Assembly (NCBI RefSeq): GCF_963676685.1
Contig: NC_092352.1
Coordinates: forward strand, 51,274,001 to 51,338,000
DNA length: 64,000 nucleotides
Source: Mytilus edulis
Lineage: Eukaryota
Direction of reading: 5' to 3'
Below the pieces are notes generated by a model. That model saw nothing but the letters and a program-made list of their open reading frames with translations, did no database searches and was not told where the DNA came from. The position numbers and the translations under genes were made by a program. Of the stretch, positions 25,604-38,693 are shown in pieces (within the stretch, counting starts at the first letter, position 1; the number at the start of each line of letters is the position of its first letter).

Positions 25604-25942
25604 ATGTAATTTGGAAAATTTCAAATGCATACATGTATTTACATGTAAGCAATATAAAAAACAAATTCAAAATAATTGAAATTACGACACATTTGTTTTT
25701 GTCATGGTTGTTGTTCAAGATAAAATATGAAATCTATAATAATGAACATATTTCAACAAATAAAATGATTTTAAAAGGAAACTGTAATGGGCAGACAATT
25801 TTAATGTGTTTTCGGAATTTGATAATATATCAATTGTAGCCTTTGCTATGTTTGAAGGAGGTCAATAATTTACATTTTAAGATGTATTGACTGAGGATAA
25901 CATTTTTCTTAAGATACAGTAACATGTTTTAAAAGATTTTAC

Positions 25943-26005
25943 CTGGAACATGAACTATACAATAAGAGTGATCTAGGTCTACTGTTCCCTGATCAGCTGA
26001 TTTTC
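25943..26005 (-). CDS. THAP gene exon 2 with HCF-1-binding motif
   Basis: ttcag|GA...CCAG|gtaaa, 63 nt, phase 1-1, GKSADQGTVDLDHSYCIVHVP. Confidence 0.65.
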
Positions 26006-26995
26006 CTGAAATAATGAAATGCTTTATTATATGAAACATTACACATGTATACAAAAAATTGACAGCTTATCATTTTGATAGACTTTTTTTTAACTTCACG
26101 CAATACATGTAACTACATGTAATATCTTACATGAAAATAGGGAAATGTTGTGGAGTTAAATATGTTCACAACAGTCTGTACTCTTAGCCACTTGTCCGAC
26201 GACGCAGACCAGCAACATTTTATTTAGACTAGTAAGTTGTTGTTAAAGTTTATTTAGAAACATATGAAAAATGTGGGAATATTGGTCTTTGGACTAGATC
26301 AGATAAGAATTTGATGCAGACTACATACACCACATGCATAAGATATTTCTAACACACTGTACATGTATATTTTCTGTTTGTGAATACTATATTCGGACAA
26401 ACTGGTAGGTATATATAAATGTATCTCAATTTTAGTTTTATTTGTGTATGTCTTTGGGCGGGTTGAACTGCCTTTAGCATTAGTCATCCCAAATATTGTG
26501 ATTAAGCATTGTGGCATGACAGTTTTTATTTTTTTTAGTCTGCAGCTACACAAATGTTAGTCCAAATAAGTATGACGTCTTGAAAGGCTATTATATATTT
26601 TTTCTTTGACGCAATAATTATGACGTCTTGAAAGGCTATTATATTTTTTTTTTTCTTTGAGTAAGGCGTCACAAATGTATGCTATTTCAGTCAATATTCA
26701 TTGGCCTTACAGCCTTGTACTTATAAATTGATGTTTTTATACGATTGTATTTTGAACAGTTAAATGTATAAAATATAAAACTGTTTTTGGATAGCTCCTA
26801 TATAATTTCTCACAGCATTTCCTAGTATCATGAGTTCTTAAACATGTATAAATGCAGCACCTGAATGTTTAAGTAAAAAGTGTCATTGGGATATATGTCA
26901 ATCATTTCAAATTTTAAACAAAGTAATATTTAAACATTATGAACCTTTATGAATAAAATACAAGCATTATATTACATTTTATATACATTTCGTAC

Positions 26996-27353
26996 CTGGT
27001 TTTTTCACCTTCCTACACACAAGGCTGGGACGGTCTATTGGTGCCCTTCTTTTCCGGTTCTGCAGCATTAAATTTTCCTTCTGAGCTTCACAGGCGCCTG
27101 CAGGAATAGGATCCGGATACTCCTCAGTCGGACCGTTTCCCCTTACAAAGTGAAGTGAGCAGATGTAGCTATATTTCGTCACTTTTTCAACGTTCAGGTC
27201 AGGTCGTCCGCAGGCTCTTATCCATCTTTCACACTTCACTCTATTCCGTAATGTCTTTGTGAACGAAATAAAGTGCACATCCTTCTCTGCGAGTCTCTCT
27301 GGATACCTACTGTCACTCTTACAAACCCCGTACATGCAATTCTTGTTCACCAT
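26996..27353 (-). CDS. THAP-domain (C2CH zinc finger) protein, exon 1
   Basis: MVNKNCMYGVC...FISF...W...CGR...ICSLHF...PDP matches the THAP signature. Basic NLS-like RKRR. Donor CCAG|gtacg. Confidence 0.85.
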
Positions 27354-27549
27354 CGTCAATCTAAAATGCGTTTGTTTACCCTGGTTACAATGGCAGATTT
27401 AGAAATTCTGCCCGCCTTTTTGTACAGTCAATATAGATTTCGAAATTCCGAAGTTACATACTTCCGGTATGACAAATCACCAAACCATGTGGAAGTGGTC
27501 CAAAAATTGTTTAAAGGGTAAACATTTGTCAAGGGACTGTAAAAAAAGC

Positions 27550-29180
27550 TTAAATGTGTACTTTAGAAAATTGTAGCTCTAAACATCTAATTTTAATGCA
27601 TAGTTTGGGTAAAATTAACAACACTGATCACACGGCTACAAAGGTAAGCATCAATTGTTCATCTGCTGGAACAGTTATTAAGAATTGTCTAGGAATTATA
27701 CCCGTCGAGGTTAAAGGGTCAAATGGGAAAACTTGCTAAACTTATGCCTTGATTAATGATTGAGCGGATAAAATGTTATGTGACGAGTGCATAATACATA
27801 TGCTAAATGTAAAAAGGGAAAGTAGACCGGTTACCTTTAAAATGACAACAGCAACACAACGAGTCCGCCATGAAGGTCATGAGGTTGACTTACATGTATA
27901 ATAAGTTGGCAGCAACTCTTCAATAAACCATACTAAGGTATGGTCTGTTAAAAATCTACCGATATCGACACACTCCGCAAATAATAAAGATATTAAAAGT
28001 ATGAAATACTTGTCAGATTTGCATATACTAGATATAAGCAGCAATAAAGTTCTTCTTCTCATAGCACCGATACACCAAAGCACACATTCCCATAGAAGTG
28101 CATTCAGGAAGCAGAAATGAGCCATATGCCGTACGAACACGCTTAGGATGGATCGTGAGAGGTCCCATTAGCAATGCACGCACCAATTGTAATTAACATC
28201 AATTTTAAGCATGCAGATAATTTATTTTTGCAGCAGCAGTTACAGCGGGTTTGGACCACTGGTTCTCTCGATCAGCCTATCACGGATAAAGTATGCAGGT
28301 CTTTGGAGGATAAACGCGCCTTGAAAATAATGGAGTCGACAATAGCCTTTGAAGATCCGTGGCGGGATGTAAAACTGCCGAATAATTTGCCTTTAGCACA
28401 CGCTCAATTTAACTAATTAAACCGCAAATTGTCACATGATCCAAAGCTGCATGAGATGTATACAGCAACGGTAAGTGATTATATACAAAAGGGACATGCA
28501 AAGTTAGTTACCAATTTAAGTAATGAGTCAAGTCGCATATAGTACCTTCCTCAACACCCTGTAGCAAATGAACATAAACCCAGAAAGGTGAGAATAGTCT
28601 TTGACTGTGCAGCCAAATTTAAAGATGTTTCGTTAAATTGCCGATTGTAACAAGGTCCTGACCATATGAACAGTTTGTTAGGAGTTCTAATAAGATGTAG
28701 ACAATACCACATTGTATTAGCTGCTGATATCGAGGCTATGTTTCATCAAGTCCGCGTGAAAGACGCTGACTGTGACGCTTTACGATTTTCATGGTGGTCA
28801 AATGGAAACTTAAAAGTACAGCCAAAATGTTACCAGATGCAGGTTCATCTGTTTGGTGCAGCATCATTGCCTAGTTGTGCAGCATACGCATTGAAAGAGA
28901 TTTAGAGGTAGCATCAACCGTAGAGAGAAACTTTTATGTAGACGACCTCTTGAAATCAGTGGACACGGAAGAAAAATCCGTTCAGCTTGCAACGGATTTA
29001 CGAGAAATTACGAAACGTGATGGATTCCGATTAACGAATTGATTAAATAACAGTAAGCTCGTAATAAACGAAATGCCGAATTTGGAACGAGCACCTTCAG
29101 TTGAAATTTTTAAGTCGAACACAGCTTTGCCGACCGATCGCGCACTAAGCGTAGTATGGGATGTAAATGATGATAAGAAC
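27550..29180 (+). mobile_element. Decayed BEL/Pao pol fragment (protease-RT)
   Basis: CLGIIPVEVKG, YLPQHPV...[45 protein letters not shown], with many stops and frameshifts. Confidence 0.9.
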
Positions 29181-29929
29181 TTATAAATTAATGAACTTTT
29201 TAGTTTTTAATTTACCGATTATTTTTGATGCGTGAAAGAAAGTGATTCATTTTGTTTGTTTAGTATTATGTGTTTAGTGTTTTATATTTTTACTTACAAT
29301 GAATGTTAATGTGTATTTGTATTTTATTGTAGAGAATCGTGTGTTACGATATTTACAGTATATGAATCCAAAATTATATGTAGTTTTCATGAATAAAGAT
29401 AGTTACATGTACATAGTTTAACTGCATAGTTGACTTTATCGCCTTATTTAATGTAATCCGTACAGGGTCCACTTATCATCCGAAGTATAACGCGATATAT
29501 GGTATACAATAAGCACACGAAAAAAAACGGTTTAAAAGATCCTACCACGAACGCTTTTGTTATTCAATACTAGAAGCGCCCAAAAGAGTTGCACAAAAGA
29601 AAACTAAAAAGAAAGTTCAAGTTACTACAGACGTTTTGATATAACTTTGTGATACGTTCAAGGTTTGTTCTGATCTACTTGTGTCAAGAGATTCGACTAT
29701 GATGCTACTTTGTTTTGCAGTTTCCTTATAGATACGATGAACTTAGATCTTTGCGTTTTCGTGTCATCGATATACAAGATTCTTTTCTGATTTTACATAT
29801 AACTAAGAGCAAAGCAATGAAGTGATAATATCAAAAAGTTCTACAATCGCATGTCCCTATAATATGTTAGTTAAATACACACTTTTGTCTTACTTTAATA
29901 CCCTCAACTTTTAGGTTTATAGTTTCATA

Positions 29930-32900
29930 TCAAGGATTGTGTACCCTTTCTTTGTATATTTCTATTACGTTAGACTGCCTGTCGGCAAATATAAAGTTGT
30001 GTTTTATTTTATTGATGTAATACTGGTATTTTCCCGCGGTTCGTGTAGAAAAGCGGGAAACTATTGTAATGTCGTTACATTTTCAAAAATATTCATAAGC
30101 TTAAGGCATGACAAAATTGATCAATCAGAAAGTCGAATTGTGTGTTACGATATATTGGTGTTTTTCAAGCGCTTTACTTTGTAGCCGTCGTTAAACATAT
30201 TAAGCTCCTTTTTCTAATTGCTGATTGCAATTAAAGTTGCTTTTCTGATTTTCTACATATATAATAACGTATTTGCTAATTAAAGGTGTGGTCCGACACT
30301 TTTATCCTGAGATAGGCTCGACCATTGGCATCGGATAGAGGTTTCCATTCATATTCACATACAAATATATTGATTGTTGGTTTTTCCTGGACGGCCATGA
30401 TTGGTAAAAATTGAGATATTTAAGCGAGTACACTGTTGATACATTAGTATTTAAAATATTGTATAAATGTCTAATATTTGTAAAATTTGTAATTCTGGAA
30501 ATTATTTGAGTACAAAATTAAACACGGCGTCTATCACGTTCGATGGGCTGTCGGCAAATTTAAATTTGTGTTTGAGTTATATATTTAGTCATGGGGTATA
30601 GGTAATACGTAATTAGCCTGGCATCCTGACCCAGTCATACATCGTCGACTGTAAGTGTTTAGCAATCAATGAGCCAGCATCCTAGGCTAATAAGTAATGA
30701 GCTAGTTAGAACTCCGGAATGTAATTAACGCACCTTCCGAGACAGAGATGCATCATTTAATTTTCTTTGAAGTCGGCCGCGTTTCCATTCCTTTTAAATA
30801 TACAATTCCTTGGTTAAATATATACTTCTAGCCTTGCGTTCGTACTGTGTACATCAAATTTATTTTAAGTGCCAGTTCCTCAAAATGGATCCCATGGACA
30901 TTGAAACTAACGTAAAGGGGATAGTTGGAGAAGGAATTTAAAGTTCTCAAAATGATTGTTTTAGCAAGTCAGTTGGAATATTCCCTTCAAGATTGCAGGC
31001 ATTGGGCAACCAACAAAAAGACCGTTCGGGTGCGCAGATGTGTTAACTTCAAAGTGACATTTTAACGGCAGATACCTACAAATTCAAAAAAAAGAACTGT
31101 GAAGACCAGTCAAAGTTCAACCAGAAGATGAACGCGTTACTCAAGGAAGCAGAATCCTGTTTAAATTCTTCAGTTGACAAGTTCGCTCAAGCTAAAAAGA
31201 TAATTAGTGCAGGTATAGATCTCTAAGCTTATCGTCAAAAACTAGTTAAAATGGCTGATTCGTCTGAACATGGCTGGAGAGTAGTTCAGGAATACACTTA
31301 AAACCCACTGGCCAATGATTTGGAAGACGACAGGAAGATTATGAGGGCAACATCGCGTGCAGAGAGAAAAGCGAAGGTAGAAAAAATCCAGAAAGAAGCG
31401 TTCGACTCCATATTCTAGACCTTCAACTTCAGCTTATAATGGTAACAACAGTGGCGGCTCTAAGTCAGCTAGGAGGCCAAGAGTGTGTTATAACTATTAT
31501 AAACCAGGTCATTGGTAGTTTAAATGCCCAGAAAATAATAATAAGTTTAGAACTTATAGTAATTTATTGTCATATAATTCTTATATGATTTGCATATCTA
31601 TAAATACTTGAATTGGATTGGTCAATTAGAATTTTTCTCTAAGTTTACACTTCGATAAACCATGTTTCCGAAACTACTTTTGTAATCTATTCATGCGCGA
31701 TACACAAGCTTGCAGTGATCCTGGGATTTTCAGCAAATTGAGATTAAAAAGCATTTGCATAACAGTTGTGACTATTCTAGTGCATGTATAACAAAAGAAA
31801 TAAATTTATTGCACTAAAGCTTCGAAAATGTACAAAAATTAAATTTAATAAAAATCCGCGAAATTTCATGAAGGATTTGGCGAATTTACGTCATGGCAAA
31901 ACACGACGTCATACGAATGAGAATTTTCAAGGGAAAGATTATTTCGTTACGTGTACGCTTCAAATTCGGATAAAATTTAATTAAAATGAAGTTTTTGAGG
32001 TAGGTGCTGTTTCATTTAAGATTCATTGTAAGATTCACGTTGTATTTATCGGACATTTATGGTTTTTAGAAAGTCAAGATGGCGGCGTACTCCTTAGTTA
32101 ATACTTGCCATTGTGCTTTTGATGGTAAATATATATAGTAGCCATCAACAGCAAAAATGTTTGGCTGAAGAATTATAATGATTAAACACATTTTTTCTAA
32201 AGGTTATTGATGTGTAAACCGGGGCTCTTACTCACAAACTCAACATAAAAGTCCTTCGGATTTTTATTCAGTTTGTGAGTTAATCGCCCCGGTTTACACA
32301 TCAATAACCCCTAGAAAAAATGTGTTTAATCCTATAATAATGATGCTTATAGAAAAAATAATTCTTTACCTTATTTCAGTGATGAAGGTTTAATATTGAA
32401 AACAACTCATTTTAAAAACAAAGCTCACTTACTAGACCCCGCTAATGATATTATTTGGTAACTCAACCGTGGGGAATGTGTAGATCAATTGTCAATACAC
32501 CCAGTCAATTGATCAGTCCTGAAGGTAAACTCAGATCATCGATACACAAATGGGAACAAGCGGGTGCGACTCATTATACTTAACAGGTAATAGAAAAAGG
32601 TTACGGTATACCTTTTAAAGATCTTACAGAAAATGTATTTTTGTGAAATAACAAATCTTCGAGAGACAATGGGAAATTGTTGCAAGCGAGATATCTAAAC
32701 CATTAGAAAAAGGTTGTATTTCAAAGGTTGATAATAAATTAAACCATTCGTTATTAATCCGCTTACGGTAGCCTTTTATTGATTACAAAAGCCAAGATTA
32801 TTGTTAGAATGCTGGCACATTTACAATTGCATACACCAATTTAAATTTAAATTTGAAGTTGCATCCTTGGCAAGAGAATTATTTGAAAAGGGTGATTATA

Positions 32901-35830
32901 TATTTAGATATGATTTGAAAAGTGCATATGATCATATTGAAATAAGGGAGGAGCGCAAGTAATATTTAGGTTTCAGTTGGGTTACTGACGGAGTGGTTAA
33001 CTATTTTGTTTTCAATTTTCATCCTTAATGTAGTAATGCAAGTGCAGGAAATATTTTAACAAAAGTTTTGAAAGAGGGGGTTAAGTACTGGAGAAAACAG
33101 GGATTAAAGATAAGTATGTATCTTGATGACGGTTTGGGTGGAGCTAGTGATTTAATTTCTTCTTAAAAATTTAAGGCTAGTGATTATATCAGAAAGAGTT
33201 TGTCTGATTTTGGTTTTCTTATAACTGAGGATAAATATATTTGGTATCAACAACAAAATTTGATTTGGATAGGTTTAGTGTGGGCTATTTATTTAGGAAA
33301 AATTAAGATTACTCAAGAGCGAGTGGATAAGTTGTTATTAAGTATTGTAAAAAATTCTTGACGGTGTTAGTAAAGCAAAACTTTTATACAGAGCAAAACT
33401 GGTTGCTTGTACTGTCGGACAAATTATCTCAATGCAAGTAGTTTTTGGAAGTCTGGTAATATTAAGGACAAGGGAATTATACCAGTGTATAGTTCTTAGA
33501 GCCAGTTGGAAGTCACTGGTTGCTTTGACAGCTCCAGCTGTTGGTGAGCGTAGATTTTGGTCAAATTTAGTAAATGATATGCATTAAATGGGTGTGAATC
33601 TGCATGAGTCAGATTTATATGATCTTAAGGCTTATACGGATGCCTCATAGATTGGTTTTGAGGAATTTGTAGTCCCTGCTATTGATAGCAATAGTGCTGA
33701 GTCGGTCTGTGACTCTAGCGATGTTCAGATGAACAGTTGTCTGATAACGCTCAGTAATAGTTTGCACACTGTAGTGGGTAGTTGGGAAGATCATGAGAGG
33801 ATCAAGAGTTCTACATGGCGTGAACTTGAGGCAGTCAATAGAACAGTTAAAAGTTCTCTGCACTTGCGAAAAACCACATTACAAATCAATACAGATAATA
33901 AAAATGTAACTAGATTAGTGAAAAACTGGAGTAGGAAAACAGATCAAAGTTTTAGCATGTGAATTGCACACATTATGCTTTGAAAATAATTGTAAGATTA
34001 CGACACAATGGATATTTAGAGACCAAAATAAAATGGCAGACAATCTGAGTAGATACTCTGATTGTGAGCATTGCGGTATCAGTACTGAAGTTTTTAATAG
34101 CTTAGATATTATATGGGGTATTCATATAGTGGACAGATTTGCCACAGACTATAACAATAAATGTACAAGATTTAATTTCAAATTTTTGTGTAATTGTACA
34201 GAAGCAGTAGATGCTTTCAAATAAAAATGGAAAGGTGAAAATAATTGGGTCGTCCCACCGCCTAATTTGGTTTGTAAAGTTATTAGAAAATTTTTGGAAG
34301 ACGAAGCAAACGGCACTTTAGTAGTTCCTTTTTGTAAATTTGCACCTTATTTTGGTTGTTATTGTATGAATCAAACGGGAATTTTTTACGTTTTATAAAC
34401 AACAAAAAAATCTCGACAGAAAAGAATTCTGTTAGTACAAGAAGAGATAATAATGGTTTATTTGGGAAACAAGGAACATTAACGATGCTTGCATTTGAGA
34501 TAAGATTTCATTGATGTGTTTTTATCTTTGGATCAGGCTTAAGCATCGAACAGTTTGTTTAATGAAGCTGTGGAGGACAGTGGAATTGAAGAGGGACATC
34601 CGTCAAATAATTCAGTGAAGAGTTTATCTACAATGTTACTAGATGCAAGTAGTGAAAGTACTGATAAAAAATATTATTACGGTTTTATGAAATGGAAAAG
34701 ATTGTGTACAGAACATAGTTTGCTTTCTTTGCAAGCATCTCCAATTCATGTAGCTTTATATGTTGTACATTTATTAGGTAATGGTGGTACATATAGAACT
34801 GTTAGCACTGCTTTTTATTTCGTTAAGTGGGCTCACGAAATGTGTGGTCAGTTGGATCCAACTATCAACACATGTGTGCAAAATTTACCCGTGTCTGCTA
34901 AGCGAACTGCGATAACCCCTGTCAACAAGAAAGATCTAGTGTCTTAAGATATTTTAATTTATTTATGTATTATGTATCAATATTCCATTGATTTAACAGT
35001 TGTACGAGATCTCGTCATGATTTTGTTAAATTTTAGTGTTTTTCTTTGTTTTAGTGAATTGAGTCAATTGAAATGCAATGATGTCACAATTAAAGAAAGT
35101 TATTTGATACGTAAAATTAGGAAGAGTAAGACCGAACAATATAGAGCGGGAGATGAGGTGTTGGTATCCAAGGGGCAGTCTTTAGCTTGTCCTTATTCTA
35201 TGTTTTTAGGATATCTTGGTTTGGCGAAAACAGACATATATTTATTTCGTCTTTTGTATAGATCTTAAGCGCTAAATGTGGTTTGATTAAGGTTAATAGG
35301 CCTATAGGTATACCGCTGAAAGAGAATGTATAATAAAGCGTTTGAAAATGATCACCCCAGAGCTTAATCTCGGTTTACATTTTTTAAAGTCAGGAGGTGC
35401 CACTTCGGCGGCAAATGCAGGTGTTAATGACAGATGTTGGAAAAGACACGTAAGGTGGAAGAGTGATTTCAGTAAGGTTTGGTTATGTAGCAGATTGTGT
35501 TCCTAACCGATTACAAGTTCCAGAGCTTTGGGTTTATAAATTTTCATTGTGTTCAATTTTTTGTCCGCTGTTTAGCTGTCATGTATTTGAAGTTTGCTTC
35601 GTACTTTACTGTGATTAAACCATTTGTCAGATGTTTTCTTTATATTCTATCTTTGTTGTTCTATATACTCAGCGAGCTAGTCAACAAACTTAAGTTTGTA
35701 GTTGAGTTATTTTTCTAAGATGCTAAGGTACATAAGTATAGAGAAGACTAGATACTTCCCGCGGCAAGCAGTAAAGCGGGAATTTATTGTCTTCCCGGTG
35801 AGGTATTTCCGAGGCGTATGAATTTTTGGC
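29930..35830 (+). mobile_element. Decayed tyrosine-recombinase retrotransposon (DIRS order, Ngaro/PAT-like)
   Basis: gag-like 30885-31530 (RQKLVKMADSSEHGW, knuckle relic), RT 32500-33600 (YDLKSAYDHI, YLDDGLGG), RNase H (SSTWRELEAV, TDNKNV, N.MADNLSR), MT-like domain and YR 34540-35530 (KSKTEQY, SGGATSAANAG). Dispersed direct repeats at the ends; boundaries approximate. Confidence 0.88.
31780..32335. mobile_element. Non-autonomous foldback element inserted between DIRS gag and RT
   Basis: 150-nt near-perfect hairpin at 32181-32330 preceded by non-coding sequence containing AAGATGGCGGCG. Confidence 0.6.
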
Positions 35831-36162
35831 GCCAAAATTGTAGTGGTGAATAGATAGTTATAAGAGAATCACTTCCAGTCTTACTTTCAAACTATCTACA
35901 TCATTTTTTTTCATAATCATAAAGAATGCTCAATTTGACCAATGTTCATGGTCTGTTATATATGATTTATATACATTTGTATATATGGAATGATTTATTA
36001 CACTAATTCTTATATTCTGAACTCTTTATATAATATTCTTTTATCCTCATCAAATTTAACTAGTTCTTGTGCAGACAAAGAGTTAGAAATAAAATTTTTA
36101 GCATGGGTGTACTGATGAAAATTCGACATTTTTTTAAAATGACCCATATATAATATAATATT

Positions 36163-36430
36163 ATATACAACTCGTCTAAACATCAACCCAACAATGTTAG
36201 ATCTGTAAATTTGCTTTCGCAATTTTTTCGTTCTTCCCTCGCCGGGATTCGAACCCATGCTACTGAGATATCGTGACACCAAATCGCCTGCACTCTAGCC
36301 GTCCCGCTAGACCACACGATAACCTAGGCTTCATAAAAATGAAGCTTTCGGTGGCCGGGTGTTACCTTTCCACGTCGTCAGTTTTAATCTAGCGGCGTAC
36401 TACAGTACATGATATATAAGGCATAGAGCT
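36163..36430 (-). mobile_element. tRNA-derived SINE-like element
   Basis: The minus strand has an A-box-like TGGTCTAGCGG and the B box GGTTCGAATCCC. Lies in TA-rich flanks and is near-identical to 40955-41125. Confidence 0.8.
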
Positions 36431-36538
36431 ATATATATATACATCTTGCAAGATCTTTTTACAGGTTCATAAACAATACATTGATTAATCTCATTCATTT
36501 GTTTCTGGAAATATTTGAACTTGTTTCCTATGACACAG

Positions 36539-36977
36539 GGTCCGAGACCACAATTATTTCGTATTTCATTTCTATTAGAACATAATTAAAAAATTAAAAA
36601 ATCCCACCTGCGCTTTCTCAACTTTACAGTGTGTTGTACTACTTTAATTTTGGGACAAATTATATCAAAATTATAGAAAACTTCATCGGCTCTAACTCAA
36701 AATATGGACATTTTTATGTTTAGGGCGTCTTGAAATCTTTTGACAGCTTCCGAAGTGCTAATTTTAACCTTTTCTCAGCTGGACCAAATCACTACTTTCT
36801 TTTAAAATTCAAATTCTGGACCCAAATTTTGTTCACCCCCCCCCCCCCCCCCCCCCACCCCTACTTGCAATTTGAGACATTAAACATGGAGAAATAAATT
36901 TGGAAGGGGTATAAAAATTAATGGCAAGTAACCCATTGTCAACACTAGGGACTATATTCGTATTGTGGTCTCAGACC
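36539..36977. mobile_element. MITE copy 1
   Basis: TIR GGTCCGAGACCACAAT / ATTGTGGTCTCAGACC. Homologous to 38267-38693. Confidence 0.85.
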
Positions 36978-38266
36978 TAATAGGATAGAAAGAGATGACC
37001 AATCTTAAAAAAAACTTGGTATGACCAAAGCTTAAAAAATTATAACGCTGCTTACAAAGTTTCATAACAATAGGATATATATCATAGACAATATGTTAAA
37101 TTCTATACTCATCTTTGCGTGTTAAATTTTGACGTTAAAATTGAAAGTTCAACTATCGACATTTGGGGCTTTTAAAATTAAAATATTGCAAAAAAATACT
37201 TTTTAAATGCCTTAATATATAATGTATTATGTACTTAATGCAATAGTGTACTCATTTGATTCATCAGACTTAGCATAATCATTCAAATATCAAATTTATA
37301 TGAGCCTGCGCCTAAAAATTGAGGTTTTTCAATGAAGGGGGGCCTTATATGAAGATGTAATATTTTCCAGCAATTTTAAATTTGTGAAGCTTTTTAGGTT
37401 ATAAATAATCCTTACATATGTATTGTGTGTACTTTAAATGGAAAGAAAAGTTACAAATAACATATCATATTAGTTTAAAAGGGTCTTAGTCCAAGTAAGA
37501 CTGGAAAAAATTAAGGGTCAATTTAGGCCATGCCATATATTTACATCAACAAATGCATATTGAGGCTATACGAAATAACATTTGTGTCTTTTTTATCATT
37601 TCTATACTCATGTGACATGATACAACAAATCTGAGCACAAAAAGACTCTTGCAATCAACTTTTCTTGCAGACAGTATGGTCTTATACAAAGATATTTGCC
37701 TTTTTAGTGAAAAACTTGAATGCAATATTAGTCTCAAAAGGCTTATACTTAAACCACTTGCTATCCGACAGAAGAAAAGAAAGATATTAAGTAAAATGGA
37801 AGAGGTACATTGTAAAGTGCTTTTGATACAAATTTAGTGAGGTCTTTATAATGGACTTCAAATTTTATGTACCAAGCTCCCCACTTTTGACTTCATCCAA
37901 ACAGGGCTTTAGACAAGGGTCATTTATACAACACATTTTGCACATATTGTCTGAGATAATCTTCTTTTCTGTAGATTCAGAGTTCATAAATAAGTAAAAG
38001 AACTAGATAAAGGCATAGAAACACAAATATTGACACACGAAAACCTGTCAGATAGAAAGTCAGGATGCCATTTTTGCATCAATATTGAAAAAGCTATAAA
38101 ATGCCTATTTTGACCATAAAATGCCAAAATTTGTCATTTTTGCAGAAATTCTATAAAATAAAAGTTTAAATCCTGTAGTTTCATGCTATTTGACAAATTG
38201 ACACCATCACATCATTTAGGGAAGTTGACAAAGTACTGATTCTATATTTACAGATTTCACCTCTTA

Positions 38267-38693
38267 GGTCCGAGACCACAATTATTTCGTAGTGCATTTC
38301 TTTTAGAACATAAATGAAAATAAAAAAAATCCCACCTGCGCTTTCTCAATGAAATTTTTACAGCGTGTTGTACTACTTTTGAAACAAATTATATCAAAAT
38401 TATAGAAAACTTCATCGGCTCTAACTCAAAATATGGACAATTTTATGTTTAGGGCGTCTTGAAATCTTTTGACAGCTTCTGAAGTGCTAATTTTTAACCT
38501 TTTTTCAGCTAAACCAAATCACTACCTTCCTTTAAAATTCTGGACCCAATTTTTTTTACAGTGCAATTTGAGGCATTAAACATGGAGAAATAAATTTGGA
38601 AGGGGTATACAAAATTAATGGCAAGTAACCCATTGTCACCACTAGAGACTATATTCAACGAAAATCAAGGGACGACAATTGTGGTCTCGGACC
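38267..38693. mobile_element. MITE copy 2
   Basis: Perfect TIR GGTCCGAGACCACAATT / AATTGTGGTCTCGGACC. Confidence 0.85.
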
